Of a stretch of 64,000 nt of DNA, positions 62,128 to 64,000 are shown in pieces. Source of the stretch: an uncultured Planctomycetales bacterium (GTDB taxonomy: Bacteria > Omnitrophota > Gorgyraeia > Zapsychrales > Fredricksoniimonadaceae); assembly GCA_964583975.1 (NCBI GenBank), contig CAZOXU010000002.1, positions 155,709-219,708 on the forward strand, given 5' to 3'. Under the pieces are notes generated by a model. That model was not told the DNA's origin, did not search any database, and saw only the letters and a program-made list of their open reading frames with translations. The stretch's first letter is position 1. Each line of letters begins with the position of its first letter. Made by a program: the position numbers and the translations under genes.

Positions 62128-63405
62128 TTAAGTATTTTTCTTAATAATATCCACCCCACCCATATATGGGCGAAGGACCTCAGGGACAATAACATTCCCT
62201 TCCTTGGTCTGATAGTTTTCTAGGATGGCAATCATGGTACGAGGCAGGGCAACGCCAGAACCGTTGAGGGTATGGACAAAACCTTTTTTCTTACCGTCTT
62301 TACCTTTATAAGAAATATTGGCCCGACGGGCTTGAAAATCTTCAAAATTAGAACAGCTAGAAGCTTCTAACCATTTATCAAGGCCTGCTGCATAAACTTC
62401 AATGTCATAACATTTAGCAGCTGCAAAGCTTAAATCACCACTCGCCAATAAAAGAACACGATACGGGATATTAAGCAACTCAAAAACCTTGGTGGCATTA
62501 GCAAGCAAGGCCTCTAATTCATTATAGGAATTCTCGGGACGGACAAATTTGACTAATTCGACCTTATCAAACTGATGGACTCTTACTAGCCCCCTTGTAT
62601 CCTTACCATAAGACCCTGCTTCACGACGAAAACACGTTGTGTATGCTGTGTAATAGATAGGCAATTCTTCTTCGGTTAGAGTTTCATCACGATGAATATT
62701 AGTCACAGGAACTTCTGCAGTTGGAATTAAGTATAAATCATCATCTTGCAGATGATACATATCTTCCTTCATCTTGGGCAACTGACCAGTGCCGGTCATA
62801 GAAGCTGTATTAACCAAGACTGGCGGAGCCATTTCCTTATAACCATGCTTCGAAGTATGCAGATCCAACATAAAGTTATATAAAGCACGCTCCAGGCGAG
62901 CACCTAGCCCCTTATATAAAATAAAGTTAGAACCACTCAATTTCGTACCTCGTTTAAAATCAATAATATCTAGTTCTTCAGCAATTTCGATATGGGTTTT
63001 AGGCTTAAAGTCTAAACTGGGTTTCTTTCCCCAAATGTTCACTTCTTTATTAAGTTCAGGACTTCCTACCGGGACTGACGAATGAGGCAGATTTGGAATC
63101 ATTAAAAGAACATGACTCATCTCTTCTTCGATCTTCTTTATAACAGGATCTATAGCATCAATTTGCGAGGCTATAGCCTTCATGGAAGCAATTTTCATCT
63201 TAGGATCAAGCTTATCTTTAACCATGCGGCCAATCTCTTCATTCGCAGCATTTTTCTGGGCTTTTAATTCATCAAGCTCCATAATCAGGCTACGGCGATC
63301 GCCATCCAATTTTAAAAGACGCCCTAAATCAAGCTGGACCCTTTTTGCTTCTAGGCCGGCTTTAACTTTATCTGTATTTTCGCGGATATATTTGAGATCT
63401 AACAT
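62128..63405 (-). CDS. serS: serine--tRNA ligase
   Basis: 425 aa. N-terminal coiled-coil arm and class II motifs (FRREAGS, GSGVALPRTMIAILENYQ). Confidence 0.9.
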   Translation of the reverse strand: MLDLKYIRENTDKVKAGLEAKRVQLDLGRLLKLDGDRRSLIMELDELKAQKNAANEEIGRMVKDKLDPKMKIASMKAIASQIDAIDPVIKKIEEEMSHVLLMIPNLPHSSVPVGSPELNKEVNIWGKKPSLDFKPKTHIEIAEELDIIDFKRGTKLSGSNFILYKGLGARLERALYNFMLDLHTSKHGYKEMAPPVLVNTASMTGTGQLPKMKEDMYHLQDDDLYLIPTAEVPVTNIHRDETLTEEELPIYYTAYTTCFRREAGSYGKDTRGLVRVHQFDKVELVKFVRPENSYNELEALLANATKVFELLNIPYRVLLLASGDLSFAAAKCYDIEVYAAGLDKWLEASSCSNFEDFQARRANISYKGKDGKKKGFVHTLNGSGVALPRTMIAILENYQTKEGNVIVPEVLRPYMGGVDIIKKNT

Positions 63406-63438
63406 AAGCGGATATAGTATCTTAACCGACGAGGGCTG

Positions 63439-64000
63439 TCAATTTATTCTGTGTCCTGGAAGAGATGTGCTTCCTGTCTTTGTAGCATAAGGATTTGAGG
63501 AGCGAGTACTTAAAGAACCACAATTTACATCTGATGGATTCAAACAAGTTTCAAGAGTAACTTTAAATAAGGCCTCTTGCTGACCAGATTGCTGTGCATT
63601 AATTCTTAATTCTGTTACTGGTTTCACTTTTAGAGCGCCCACCAACCTATAATTAGTATCTGTTGAACTACAAGCTCCAGGCTGACTACTCGTTTGATAA
63701 CATGAACTATTAGGAAGACATGTGGCATCAAAGCTTTTTACACAAGAATAAAGATTGCTACTTATGAATGTATAGCAAACCCAACGATGATTTGAATCTG
63801 GAAAAGCTTCATCAAAAGTACCATCAGTTTTCAAATTCTGATGAATACAGAAAGTGTTAGGATCACCCGATGGCAAATCAGCAATGGATATATTCCCAGA
63901 ATTCCAGCTTGCTATGGAGGCCCCTGTTGAATCTATATTTGTTATACTACTAATACCTACAAAACCAGGATTATCTGGTGTCCCATAAGCTTGAAAAGCA
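63439..64000 (-). CDS. Cys-rich exported/surface protein, C-terminal part (N-terminus beyond window)
   Basis: The frame stays open upstream of the track's TTG start all the way to the window edge (manual translation ...AFQAYGTPDNPGFVGISSITNIDSTGASIASWNSGNISIADLPSGDPNTF...). About 12 Cys, Ser/Thr/Asn-rich. Confidence 0.45.
   Translation of the reverse strand, partial: AFQAYGTPDNPGFVGISSITNIDSTGASIASWNSGNISIADLPSGDPNTFCIHQNLKTDGTFDEAFPDSNHRWVCYTFISSNLYSCVKSFDATCLPNSSCYQTSSQPGACSSTDTNYRLVGALKVKPVTELRINAQQSGQQEALFKVTLETCLNPSDVNCGSLSTRSSNPYATKTGSTSLPGHRIN

Noticed and set aside
63182-63490. 102-aa plus-strand ORF
   Set aside because: Antisense to the 5' end of serS.

Overview
This is a 64-kb window of AT-rich bacterial chromosome, with GC estimated by eye at about 35-40%. 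Almost all genes are on the minus strand, closely spaced or overlapping by 4 nt, which indicates long operons. Most of the content is housekeeping. The genes are pepF, rpmB, recJ, argS, rsfS, yraN, xerC/D, topA, dprA, aroK, aroE, leuA, ilvC, a class II aldolase, pfkA, ahcY, metK, the PTS-Ntr set ptsI-ptsH-ptsN with yvcK, the frr-pyrH-tsf-rpsB cluster, dnaE, guaA, guaB, groESL with CIRCE, coaX, uvrB, folP, ftsH, tilS and serS. There are six tRNAs: Gly-GCC, Leu-TAG, Lys-TTT, Met/Ile-CAT, Ser-TGA and Ser-CGA. No CRISPR array and no rRNA genes were seen. Three accessory or unusual regions stand out. (1) At 8.7-12.9 kb there is a tightly overlapping operon of exported proteins: TraH-like and TraU-like (F-type T4SS periplasmic proteins), a CxxC thioredoxin (TraF/TrbB-like), a small exported protein, and a type IV pilin N-terminus fused to a phage tail-collar domain. 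There is no conjugative ATPase, relaxase or coupling protein in the window. This is the best candidate for an undescribed pilus/adhesin-associated system. (2) At 1.5-2.6 kb there is a type IV pilin locus with two tandem paralogs, a promoterless pilin 3' fragment and a duplicated 5' piece of the downstream gene. (3) At 58.3-62.1 kb there is a tRNA-Ser-bounded islet with a truncated integrase, an MBOAT/partner O-acyltransferase pair with a GDC motif, and a small GIY-YIG gene flanked by ~60-nt repeats. Elsewhere the window holds PilD and an orphan TadA/CpaF-like ATPase, and the unexplained ORFs include a DUF4139 protein, a 57-aa ORF missed by the track, and a Cys-rich exported protein that runs off the right edge. 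Taxonomic placement is uncertain (possibly an uncultured or candidate-phylum bacterium); no search could be run here.
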